A stretch of 9,875 bases of DNA from positions 1 through 9,875 of the IMG/VR virus record IMGVR_UViG_2681813267_000008; one strand, written 5' to 3'. Shown here piece by piece: positions 1 to 6,131 of this stretch (its first letter is position 1; the number at the start of each line of letters is the position of its first letter). The DNA comes from a virus. Lineage: Duplodnaviria > Heunggongvirae > Uroviricota > Caudoviricetes. Both the position numbers and the translations under genes were made by a program. The notes beneath the pieces were generated by a model, which had not been told where the DNA came from, searched no databases, and saw only the letters and a program-made list of their open reading frames with translations.

Positions 1-33
1 ACTGGTTGTCTGGAGATTCAGGGGGCCAGTCTA
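1..33 (-). mobile_element. Terminal ~33 bp of an IS2-like element (left inverted repeat on the minus strand; element body lies outside the window to the left)
   Basis: Reverse complement of 1-33 is TAGACTGGCCCCCTGAATCTCCAGACAACCAGT, which matches the IS2 left terminus as I recall it (TAGACTGGCCCCCTGAATCTCCAGACAACC...) over about 30 nt. Identification is by recall, not search. Confidence 0.5.
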
Positions 34-153
34 CGGACATTTTCTGCCTGTGGACCAGGAAAGTGCACGGGTGCTTTCCACTCCCATGAAGCCCGGCAAT
101 CCGCGCAGATACAGTAATAAACGAACTGACAGCAGTAAGATGGAGCGTTTCTT

Positions 154-411
154 TTGAACAACCAGACAATGACTTTTACCCCTGAACAATTGCGTAAACA
201 CGCGCAGGAAATGCTGCGTCATGCTGAACAACTCGAAAAAACGGGCATAACAAAAGACGCTATCCGTAAAGATATGGTACCCGCGCTTCGGGAACTGATG
301 CAGGCGAAGCATCGCGCACAGAAAGCAGTAGATGAGCTGGTGGACTGTGTGGCAGAGCTGGAAACCAGAGTCGGAAAGTTTGAAAAACTGGTGCAGGAGG
401 TGCTGCGCTGA
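154..411 (+). CDS. Hypothetical small prophage protein (85 aa from TTG 154; 80 aa if ATG 169 is the start)
   Basis: Open frame ending at TGA 409-411, which overlaps the rusA ATG (TGATG coupling). GGAG at 142-145 sits 8 nt upstream of TTG 154; ATG 169 has no obvious SD. Composition is protein-like and charged. I recognise no family. Confidence 0.5.
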   Translation: MNNQTMTFTPEQLRKHAQEMLRHAEQLEKTGITKDAIRKDMVPALRELMQAKHRAQKAVDELVDCVAELETRVGKFEKLVQEVLR

Positions 412-785
412 TGCGCCATGAGTTTATTTTACCTTATCCGCCGACGGTGAATACTTACTGGCGACGTCGTGACAACACATATTTTGTATCAAAAGCCGGT
501 GAGCGTTATCGCCGGGATGTGGCGCTTATTGTCCGTCAGCAGCGACTGAAATTAAGCCTGTCCGGAAGACTGGCGATAAAGATTATTGCAGAGCCACCGG
601 ATAAGCGCCGTCGTGACCTGGACAATATCCTGAAAGCACCACTGGATGCACTGACACATGCGGGAGTGTTAATGGACGATGAGCAGTTTGATGAAATCAA
701 TATCGTTCGTGGTCAGCCAGTATCTGGTGGACGTCTGGGGGTGAAGATTTACCCCATAATGCATGAAGAGCAGGTCAAAAAATGA
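411..785 (+). CDS. rusA: RusA-family Holliday junction resolvase (124 aa)
   Basis: ATG 411 is preceded by GCAGGAGG at 392-399. The protein has the RRRDLDN acidic catalytic motif and resembles E. coli RusA as I recall it in length and motif placement. Stop overlaps the next ATG (ATGA at 782-785). Confidence 0.85.
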   Translation: MRHEFILPYPPTVNTYWRRRDNTYFVSKAGERYRRDVALIVRQQRLKLSLSGRLAIKIIAEPPDKRRRDLDNILKAPLDALTHAGVLMDDEQFDEINIVRGQPVSGGRLGVKIYPIMHEEQVKK

Positions 786-1636
786 AACTGGAAGATTTAC
801 CGAAATACTACTCCCCAAAATCCCCTTGCCTGACCGATGCATCGGCCTCAACGTCAAAAGATGCGCTGAGTATCACTGATGTGATGGCCGCGCAGGGCAT
901 GACACAGAATCGGGCTGAGATGGGGTTTTCTGCGTTCCTGGGGAAAATGGGCATCAGTATGAATGACAGGGCGCGGGCAACAGAATTACTGGCAGATTAT
1001 GCACTCAGTCGGTGCGATCGTGTGGCGGCGTTGAGAAAACTTCCGGCAGAAATAAAACCGGTAGTGATGCGCATTATGGCTTCGTACGCTTTTGAGGATT
1101 ATGCCCGCAGCGCAGCGAGTAAAAAGCAGTGCCCTTGTTGCTATGGGGAAAAATTTATTGAAAGCGTAGTTTTTACAAACAAGGTCCAGTATCCGGATGG
1201 TAAGCCGCCGGTATGGGCAAAGTGTACGAAAGGTGTGTATCCGTCTTACTGGGAAGAATGGAAAAAAGTCAGGGAGGTGGTAAAAGTTGCCTGTCCGGAG
1301 TGTGGCGGAAAGGGTGAGGTTTCCACCGCCTGTAAGGATTGCCGTGGGCGTGGTGTCGCCATTCATCGTGAAGAGTCGGTAAAACGTGGTATGCCTGTTA
1401 TCAGAGACTGCCAGCGTTGTGGTGGTCGTGGCTATGAAAGACTACCATCAACGGAGGCATTTAATGCTATATGCGAGGTGACAAACCAGATAACACGCGC
1501 GTCATGGGAAAAAACAGTTAAGAAATTCTATGATGCGCTGGTGACTCGGTTTGATATTGAAGAAGCATGGGCTGAGCGGCAGTTAAAAAAGGTAACTAGG
1601 TTGATTTTTCCGGAATCTGTGGTAAATTCGTCATAA
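782..1636 (+). CDS. Late-gene antiterminator Q-like protein (284 aa) with four CxxCxGxG zinc-finger repeats
   Basis: Translationally coupled to rusA and followed immediately by a pR'-like promoter and intrinsic terminator, the canonical lambdoid Q position. Repeats CPCCYGEK, CPECGGKG, CKDCRGRG, CQRCGGRG are visible. Assignment as Q is positional plus motif inference. Confidence 0.55.
   Translation: MKLEDLPKYYSPKSPCLTDASASTSKDALSITDVMAAQGMTQNRAEMGFSAFLGKMGISMNDRARATELLADYALSRCDRVAALRKLPAEIKPVVMRIMASYAFEDYARSAASKKQCPCCYGEKFIESVVFTNKVQYPDGKPPVWAKCTKGVYPSYWEEWKKVREVVKVACPECGGKGEVSTACKDCRGRGVAIHREESVKRGMPVIRDCQRCGGRGYERLPSTEAFNAICEVTNQITRASWEKTVKKFYDALVTRFDIEEAWAERQLKKVTRLIFPESVVNSS
1601..1628 (+). 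promoter_or_regulatory. pR'-like late promoter candidate (TTGATT, 16-bp spacer, TAAATT)
   Basis: TTGATT at 1601-1606 and TAAATT at 1623-1628, overlapping the 3' end of the Q-like ORF and about 50 nt upstream of an intrinsic terminator. This parallels lambda pR'/tR'. Confidence 0.4.
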
Positions 1637-1677
1637 CTATGGGCGTTTTATGCCTGACGTTAGAAGAGTTTCTACAA

Positions 1678-1699
1678 CCCGCCGCCGAGCGGGTTTTTT
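1678..1699 (+). terminator. tR'-like rho-independent terminator
   Basis: Stem CCCGC (1678-1682) / GCGGG (1689-1693), 6-nt loop, then TTTTTT at 1694-1699. Confidence 0.6.
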
Positions 1700-1738
1700 A
1701 TTGCGGAATTAATTACGGACCGTTATTATTCTGCTCCC

Positions 1739-1814
1739 GGCCCTTTAGCTCAGTGGTGAGAGCGAGCGACTCATAATCGCCAGGTCGCTGGTTCAAATCC
1801 AGCAAGGGCCACCA
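1739..1814 (+). tRNA. ileZ: tRNA-Ile2-like, anticodon CAU (ileX-like; could formally be elongator tRNA-Met)
   Basis: Hand-folded cloverleaf: acceptor GGCCCTT/AAGGGCC, D-arm GCTC..GAGC, anticodon loop CTCATAA, T-loop TTCAAAT, discriminator A, encoded CCA. Resembles E. coli ileX as I recall it. Confidence 0.8.
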
Positions 1815-1821
1815 TCACAAA

Positions 1822-1901
1822 CCGCCATTAGCTTATCAGGAAGAGCAGACGACACGATAACAGGGTTGTTGGTGCGGGGGCGGGTCCCCGATGGCGGTCC
1901 A
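1822..1901 (+). pseudogene. Degenerate tRNA-like remnant (argN-like acceptor arm, disrupted anticodon arm and T-loop)
   Basis: Shares acceptor halves CCGCCAT/ATGGCGG and CCA with the intact tRNA-Arg(UCG) at 4943-5019, but the interior does not fold into an anticodon stem-loop and the T-loop lacks TTCAAGT. Length is 80 nt versus 77. Confidence 0.5.
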
Positions 1902-1914
1902 TTATCGGTATTCA

Positions 1915-1991
1915 GCGTTGTTAGCTCAGCCGGACAGAGCAATTGCCTTCTAAGCAATCGGTCACTGGTTCGAATCCAGTACAGCGCGCCA
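1915..1991 (+). tRNA. argO: tRNA-Arg, anticodon UCU (reads AGA/AGG)
   Basis: Acceptor GCGTTGT/ACAGCGC (one G-U pair), D-arm GCTC..GAGC, anticodon stem ATTGC/GCAAT with loop CTTCTAA, T-loop TTCGAAT, encoded CCA. Confidence 0.8.
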
Positions 1992-2101
1992 TATTCATTC
2001 TTCCAGATTCCTTCCGGCAGAGCCTTATACTGAAATATACCTGGCTCAGGATATTGTTGAAAATATTTTATGTTTGTCAAAAATAAAAGTTCTGTTAAGT
2101 A

Positions 2102-2455
2102 TTGATTGAGTGTTTGTTATACGGTCTAATGGTTTTTTCAGCATTAAATATTTATCATTCATATGGTGTGGGTAGAGTGAATATTGATGAGGCGTCGGGG
2201 TGTTTCATCCTTAGGCAGCGTATTGATATAGTCAATGCAGCACGAGCAAAGGCCTTCAGCCGTTTGACAGTTTTGTTCTGTACTCCTGATCGTCTTTCGG
2301 GAAGAGACGTTATTATTCTGAATAGTGATGCTATACAGAGGGTTTGCGATGAGTTCATGGTTGCTAATTCAGAATTATTTGCTCTTGTTCAGGAGTACAA
2401 CAGAATAGCCAGGACCTGTGGTATGGATGAACTTCGGATTACTCATCTGGGGTAG
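2102..2455 (+). CDS. Hypothetical protein (117 aa from TTG 2102; 108 aa from ATG 2129), function unknown
   Basis: The plus-frame product has balanced, protein-like composition, while the antisense ORF 2155-2358 is Ser/Thr/Arg-rich. No convincing SD at either start. The same ORF recurs at 5220-5573. Confidence 0.35.
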   Translation: MIECLLYGLMVFSALNIYHSYGVGRVNIDEASGCFILRQRIDIVNAARAKAFSRLTVLFCTPDRLSGRDVIILNSDAIQRVCDEFMVANSELFALVQEYNRIARTCGMDELRITHLG

Positions 2456-2769
2456 ATACATATCTGGATTATCACCTGTTACGGTAAAAAGTGATTGCTT
2501 ACTGTTTTTGTGAATGGCATTGCAGCAGCCGGATAATGTCAGTGCTGGCTGACGGTGTGCTGGTGGCGGGTGTGGTGGTTGTTGCTTTCCCGTTGCTGAA
2601 AAAGAAAACGCCAGACTGTTAGCCGGGTATCAGTTAGCGGGAGAAATTTTTAAATACTTCACAATTCAGGCGGTTGACTGTTGTCTGGTTTGCGGGGAGT
2701 TTGTTAAAAGAAACTGGCATGGTGAATCCCCCTGTGCGGAGGGGCAATCAGCGAGTAGGTATATGGGAN

Positions 2770-3188
2770 TCCAGTATCCGGATGGTAAGCCGCCGGTATG
2801 GGCAAAGTGTACGAAAGGTGTGTATCCGTCTTACTGGGAAGAATGGAAAAAAGTCAGGGAGGTGGTAAAAGTTGCCTGTCCGGAGTGTGGCGGAAAGGGT
2901 GAGGTTTCCACCGCCTGTAAGGATTGCCGTGGGCGTGGTGTCGCCATTCATCGTGAAGAGTCGGTAAAACGTGGTATGCCTGTTATCAGAGACTGCCAGC
3001 GTTGTGGTGGTCGTGGCTATGAAAGACTACCATCAACGGAGGCATTTAATGCTATATGCGAGGTGACAAACCAGATAACACGCGCGTCATGGGAAAAAAC
3101 AGTTAAGAAATTTTATGATGCGCTGGTGACCCGGTTTGATATTGAAGAAGCATGGGCTGAGCGGCAGTTAAAAAAGGTAACTAGGTAA
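2770..3188 (+). pseudogene. 3' fragment of a paralogous Q-like gene (C-terminal ~139 codons), beginning at the ambiguous base 2769
   Basis: 2770-3188 aligns to 1185-1600 of the full Q-like gene with a few substitutions. A 7-nt insertion (TAACAAG) relative to copy 1 creates a stop at 3186-3188, giving a ...KKVTR C-terminus. No start codon or N-terminal half. Confidence 0.5.
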
Positions 3189-3193
3189 CAAGG

Positions 3194-3221
3194 TTGATTT
3201 TTCCGGAATCTGTGGTAAATT
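3194..3221 (+). promoter_or_regulatory. pR'-like late promoter candidate (copy 2)
   Basis: TTGATT at 3194-3199, 16-bp spacer, TAAATT at 3216-3221. Same elements as 1601-1628 but here located after the Q stop codon. Confidence 0.35.
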
Positions 3222-3270
3222 CGTCATAACGATGGGCGTTTTATGCCTGACGTTAGAAGAGTTTCTACAA

Positions 3271-3292
3271 CCCGCCGCCGAGCGGGTTTTTT
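3271..3292 (+). terminator. tR'-like rho-independent terminator (copy 2)
   Basis: CCCGC / GCGGG stem followed by TTTTTT; identical to 1678-1699. Confidence 0.6.
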
Positions 3293-3412
3293 ATGACTGA
3301 AATCGCGTCAGTACAGTAAACGCGCTGGTGGCGGTGAATACCTGTCTTTCAGCTTGCTGGCTTTTTCGACAAGAGTTATTGGTGTGTCACGTTAACCGGA
3401 AAAGGAAAAGAC

Positions 3413-3610
3413 ATGCTAAAACAGCAGGATATGACAGAAACCGCCAGAGTGGTGTTTAATGAATTAAGCGTTACCGAACCGGCGACAGTCGGGGAGATAG
3501 CGCAGAATACTTACCTTTCACGCGAACGCTGCCAGTTAATACTGACCCAGCTGGTTATGGCGGGTCTGGCAGACTATCAGTTCGGTTGTTACAGACGCCT
3601 TCCGCAGTGA
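3413..3610 (+). CDS. Small winged-helix/HTH protein, PapI/FaeA-like (65 aa)
   Basis: ATG 3413 is preceded by AAGGAAAAG. Residues TVGEIAQNTYLSRERCQLILTQLVMAGL form a helix-turn-helix pattern resembling PapI/FaeA regulators (EIA ... AGM/L); the family call is pattern-based from memory. An intrinsic terminator follows directly. Confidence 0.5.
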   Translation: MLKQQDMTETARVVFNELSVTEPATVGEIAQNTYLSRERCQLILTQLVMAGLADYQFGCYRRLPQ

Positions 3611-3620
3611 AGGCTTTTTT
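3597..3620 (+). terminator. Rho-independent terminator after the small HTH ORF
   Basis: Stem GCCTTC (3597-3602) / GAAGGC (3609-3614), loop CGCAGT, then TTTTTT at 3615-3620. Confidence 0.6.
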
Positions 3621-3637
3621 ATTTGTGGTAAATGGGC

Positions 3638-3668
3638 GGCTGGTGGGTGTTAGGGGCACCCACCAGCC
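3638..3668. repeat. Perfect 12-bp inverted repeat with 7-nt spacer (GGCTGGTGGGTG ttagggg CACCCACCAGCC)
   Basis: Exact reverse-complement arms read directly from the sequence. Lies between the HTH ORF terminator and the methyltransferase gene. No U-tract on either strand, so it is more likely an operator or processing site than a terminator. Confidence 0.5.
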
Positions 3669-3760
3669 ATCTGCTCATGCGTTGGGTTCACAAGCAAACC
3701 TCAGGCCCACTGCTTTGCGCAAAAGCAGAATGAGCCTATCAGAGACAGGCTTAATGATCC

Positions 3761-4819
3761 ATGCTTAATACTGTAAAAATATCCAGTTGTGAGTTAATCA
3801 ACGCCGACTGCCTGGAATTTATCCGGTCGTTACCCGAAAATTCTGTTGACCTGATAGTCACGGACCCGCCGTACTTTAAAGTGAAGCCTGAGGGCTGGGA
3901 TAACCAGTGGAAGGGCGACGATGATTACCTGAAGTGGCTGGACCAGTGTCTGGCGCAGTTCTGGCGGGTGCTGAAACCTGCCGGAAGTCTTTACCTGTTC
4001 TGTGGTCATCGCCTGGCATCTGATATCGAAATCATGATGCGTGAACGCTTCAGTGTGCTGAACCATATTATCTGGGCGAAGCCGTCCGGACGCTGGAACG
4101 GATGCAACAAGGAAAGCCTGCGGGCGTATTTCCCCGCCACAGAGCGCATTCTGTTCGCGGAACATTATCAGGGGCCGTATCGTCCGAAAGATGCCGGGTA
4201 TGCGGCGAAGGGCAGTGCACTGAAACAGCATGTGATGGCCCCGCTGATTTCTTACTTTCGTGATGCGCGAGCTGCCCTGGGGATAACGGCAAAACAGATT
4301 GCAGATGCCACAGGAAAGAAAAACATGGTGTCGCACTGGTTCAGTGCCGGTCAGTGGCAGTTGCCGAATGAAAGCGATTATCTGAAATTACAGGCGCTGT
4401 TTGCCCGGGTGGCAGAAGAGAAGCATCGGCGTGGTGAACTGGAAAAGCTCCACCACCAGCTGGTGGATACGTATACCTCACTGAACCGGCAGTATGCGGA
4501 GCTGCTGAGTGAATATAAACATCTGCGGCGGTATTTTGGCGTGACGGTGCAGGTGCCGTATACCGATGTGTGGACGCATAAACCGGTGCAGTTCTATCCC
4601 GGGAAACATCCGTGCGAAAAACCGGCAGAAATGCTGCAGCAGATAATCAGCGCTAGCAGTCGTCCGGGTGACCTGATTGCAGATTTTTTCATGGGGTTGG
4701 GTTCGACAGTGAAAGCGGCACTGGCGCTCGGGCGTCGTGCAATTGGCGTTGAGCTGGAGACTGAACGTTTTGAGCAGACGGTTCGGGAAGTACAGGATTT
4801 AGTCAGCCAGAACGGATGA
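3761..4819 (+). CDS. DNA methyltransferase, beta-class amino-MTase (N6-adenine or N4-cytosine), 352 aa, with a central insertion
   Basis: Motif order is IV then I: DPPY at residues 35-38, VLKPAGSLYLF, NHIIWAKP, then HPCEKP and DFFMGLGST near the C-terminus. A ~170-aa insertion contains an HTH-like stretch (ITAKQIADATGKK). No partner restriction-endonuclease ORF is present. Confidence 0.85.
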   Translation: MLNTVKISSCELINADCLEFIRSLPENSVDLIVTDPPYFKVKPEGWDNQWKGDDDYLKWLDQCLAQFWRVLKPAGSLYLFCGHRLASDIEIMMRERFSVLNHIIWAKPSGRWNGCNKESLRAYFPATERILFAEHYQGPYRPKDAGYAAKGSALKQHVMAPLISYFRDARAALGITAKQIADATGKKNMVSHWFSAGQWQLPNESDYLKLQALFARVAEEKHRRGELEKLHHQLVDTYTSLNRQYAELLSEYKHLRRYFGVTVQVPYTDVWTHKPVQFYPGKHPCEKPAEMLQQIISASSRPGDLIADFFMGLGSTVKAALALGRRAIGVELETERFEQTVREVQDLVSQNG

Positions 4820-4859
4820 TATTGAAGAATTAATTACGCGTCGTTATTATGCGGCTCCC

Positions 4860-4935
4860 GGCCCTTTAGCTCAGTGGTGAGAGCGAGCGACTCATAATCG
4901 CCAGGTCGCTGGTTCAAATCCAGCAAGGGCCACCA
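4860..4935 (+). tRNA. ileZ: tRNA-Ile2-like, anticodon CAU (copy 2)
   Basis: Identical to 1739-1814. Confidence 0.8.
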
Positions 4936-4942
4936 TCACATA

Positions 4943-5019
4943 CCGCCATTAGCTCATCAGGAAAGAGCGCCAGCCTTCGAAGCTGGCTGCGCGGGGTTCA
5001 AGTCCCCGATGGCGGTCCA
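4943..5019 (+). tRNA. argN: tRNA-Arg, anticodon UCG (reads CGA)
   Basis: Acceptor CCGCCAT/ATGGCGG, D-arm GCTC..GAGC, anticodon stem CCAGC/GCTGG with loop CTTCGAA, T-arm CGGGG-TTCAAGT-CCCCG, encoded CCA. The 5' C start is unusual but the fold is complete. Confidence 0.75.
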
Positions 5020-5032
5020 TTATCTGCATCAT

Positions 5033-5109
5033 GCGTTGTTAGCTCAGCCGGACAGAGCAATTGCCTTCTAAGCAATCGGTCACTGGTTCGAATCCAGTAC
5101 AGCGCGCCA
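5033..5109 (+). tRNA. argO: tRNA-Arg, anticodon UCU (copy 2)
   Basis: Identical to 1915-1991. Confidence 0.8.
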
Positions 5110-5219
5110 TATTCATTCTTCCAGATTCCTTCCGGCAGAGCCTTATACTGAAATATACCTGGCTCAGGATATTGTTGAAAATATTTTATGTTTGTCAAAA
5201 ATAAAAGTTCTGTTAAGTA

Positions 5220-5573
5220 TTGATTGAGTGTTTGTTATACGGTCTAATGGTTTTTTCAGCATTAAATATTTATCATTCATATGGTGTGGGTAGAGTGAAT
5301 ATTGATGAGGCGTCGGGGTGTTTCATCCTTAGGCAGCGTATTGATATAGTCAATGCAGCACGAGCAAAGGCCTTCAGCCGTTTGACAGTTTTGTTCTGTA
5401 CTCCTGATCGTCTTTCGGGAAGAGACGTTATTATTCTGAATAGTGATGCTATACAGAGGGTTTGCGATGAGTTCATGGTTGCTAATTCAGAATTATTTGC
5501 TCTTGTTCAGGAGTACAACAGAATAGCCAGGACCTGTGGTATGGATGAACTTCGGATTACTCATCTGGGGTAG
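5220..5573 (+). CDS. Hypothetical protein (second copy of the 117-aa ORF)
   Basis: Translation identical to 2102-2455. Confidence 0.35.
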   Translation: MIECLLYGLMVFSALNIYHSYGVGRVNIDEASGCFILRQRIDIVNAARAKAFSRLTVLFCTPDRLSGRDVIILNSDAIQRVCDEFMVANSELFALVQEYNRIARTCGMDELRITHLG

Positions 5574-5966
5574 ATACATATCTGGATTATCACCTGTTAC
5601 GGTAAAAAGTGATTGCTTACTGTTTTTGTGAATGGCATTGCAGCAGCCGGATAATGTCAGTGCTGGCTGACGGTGTGCTGGTGGCGGGTGTGGTGGTTGT
5701 TGCTTTCCCGTTGCTGAAAAAGAAAACGCCAGACTGTTAGCCGGGTATCAGTTAGCGGGAGAAATTTTTAAATACTTCACAATTCAGGCGGTTGACTGTT
5801 GTCTGGTTTGCGGGGAGTTTGTTAAAAGAAACTGGCATGGTGAATCCCCCTGTGCGGAGGGGCAATCAGCGAGTAGGTATATGGGATAATCGCGGATTCA
5901 GGTGCTGGTACTGAATTCACCGGGAGGCACCCGGCACCATGCAATGGCACATAGCGCCACTCTCCA

Positions 5967-6000
5967 GCCCCTCTCCGGAGGGGCTGTTTATATTGATTTT
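5967..6000 (+). terminator. GC-rich hairpin with U-rich tail (terminator-like)
   Basis: Stem CCCCTC (5967-5972) / GAGGGG (5977-5982), tetraloop TCCG, then CTGTTTATATTGATTTTG. Recurs at about 7716-7740 and, partly, after the gap at 9074-9110. Confidence 0.4.
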
Positions 6001-6131
6001 GTCAGATGTGANGGTGGGTGTTAGGGGCACCCACCAGCCATCTGCTCATGCGTTGGGTTCACAAGCAAACCTCAGGCCCACTGCTTTGCGCAAAAGCAGA
6101 ATGAGCCTATCAGAGACAGGCTTAATGATCC

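Noticed and set aside
31-1366. Minus-strand and alternative-frame ORFs across the hypothetical/rusA/Q region (31-312, 219-419, 669-857, 986-1366)
   Set aside because: Overlap the translationally coupled plus-strand operon and have low-complexity Ser/Thr/Arg-rich products.
1793-2080. Minus-strand ORFs overlapping the tRNA arrays (1793-2080, 4998-5198, 7410-7616) and plus ORF 7432-7665
   Set aside because: They run antisense to, or across, well-folded tRNA genes and terminators, and have no translation signals.
2102-2455. Shiga toxin or other toxin genes in the post-tRNA position
   Set aside because: In Stx phages stxAB sits downstream of Q and the tRNAs, so I checked. The ORFs here have no signal peptides and no resemblance to StxA or StxB in length or sequence as I recall them.
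2674-2710. Sigma70 promoter at TTGACT/TTGACA (2674-2679; 7542-7547)
   Set aside because: A good -35 hexamer but no acceptable -10 at 16-18 bp spacing; left as an unassigned conserved motif.
2674-2951. ORFs spanning the ambiguous base at 2769 (2674-2868 plus, 2748-2951 minus)
   Set aside because: They cross a probable artificial junction and contain an X residue; no independent support.
3586-3768. 60-66 aa ORFs upstream of the methyltransferase (3586-3768, 5939-6139)
   Set aside because: They overlap the terminator, the 12-bp inverted repeat and the palindrome, and the second spans the n at 6012; more likely regulatory DNA.
3830-4336. Antisense ORFs inside the methyltransferase genes (3830-4336, 4068-4292, 6201-6707, 6439-6663)
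   Set aside because: Fully embedded antisense to a motif-supported CDS, with Arg/Ser/Pro-rich composition typical of non-coding frames.
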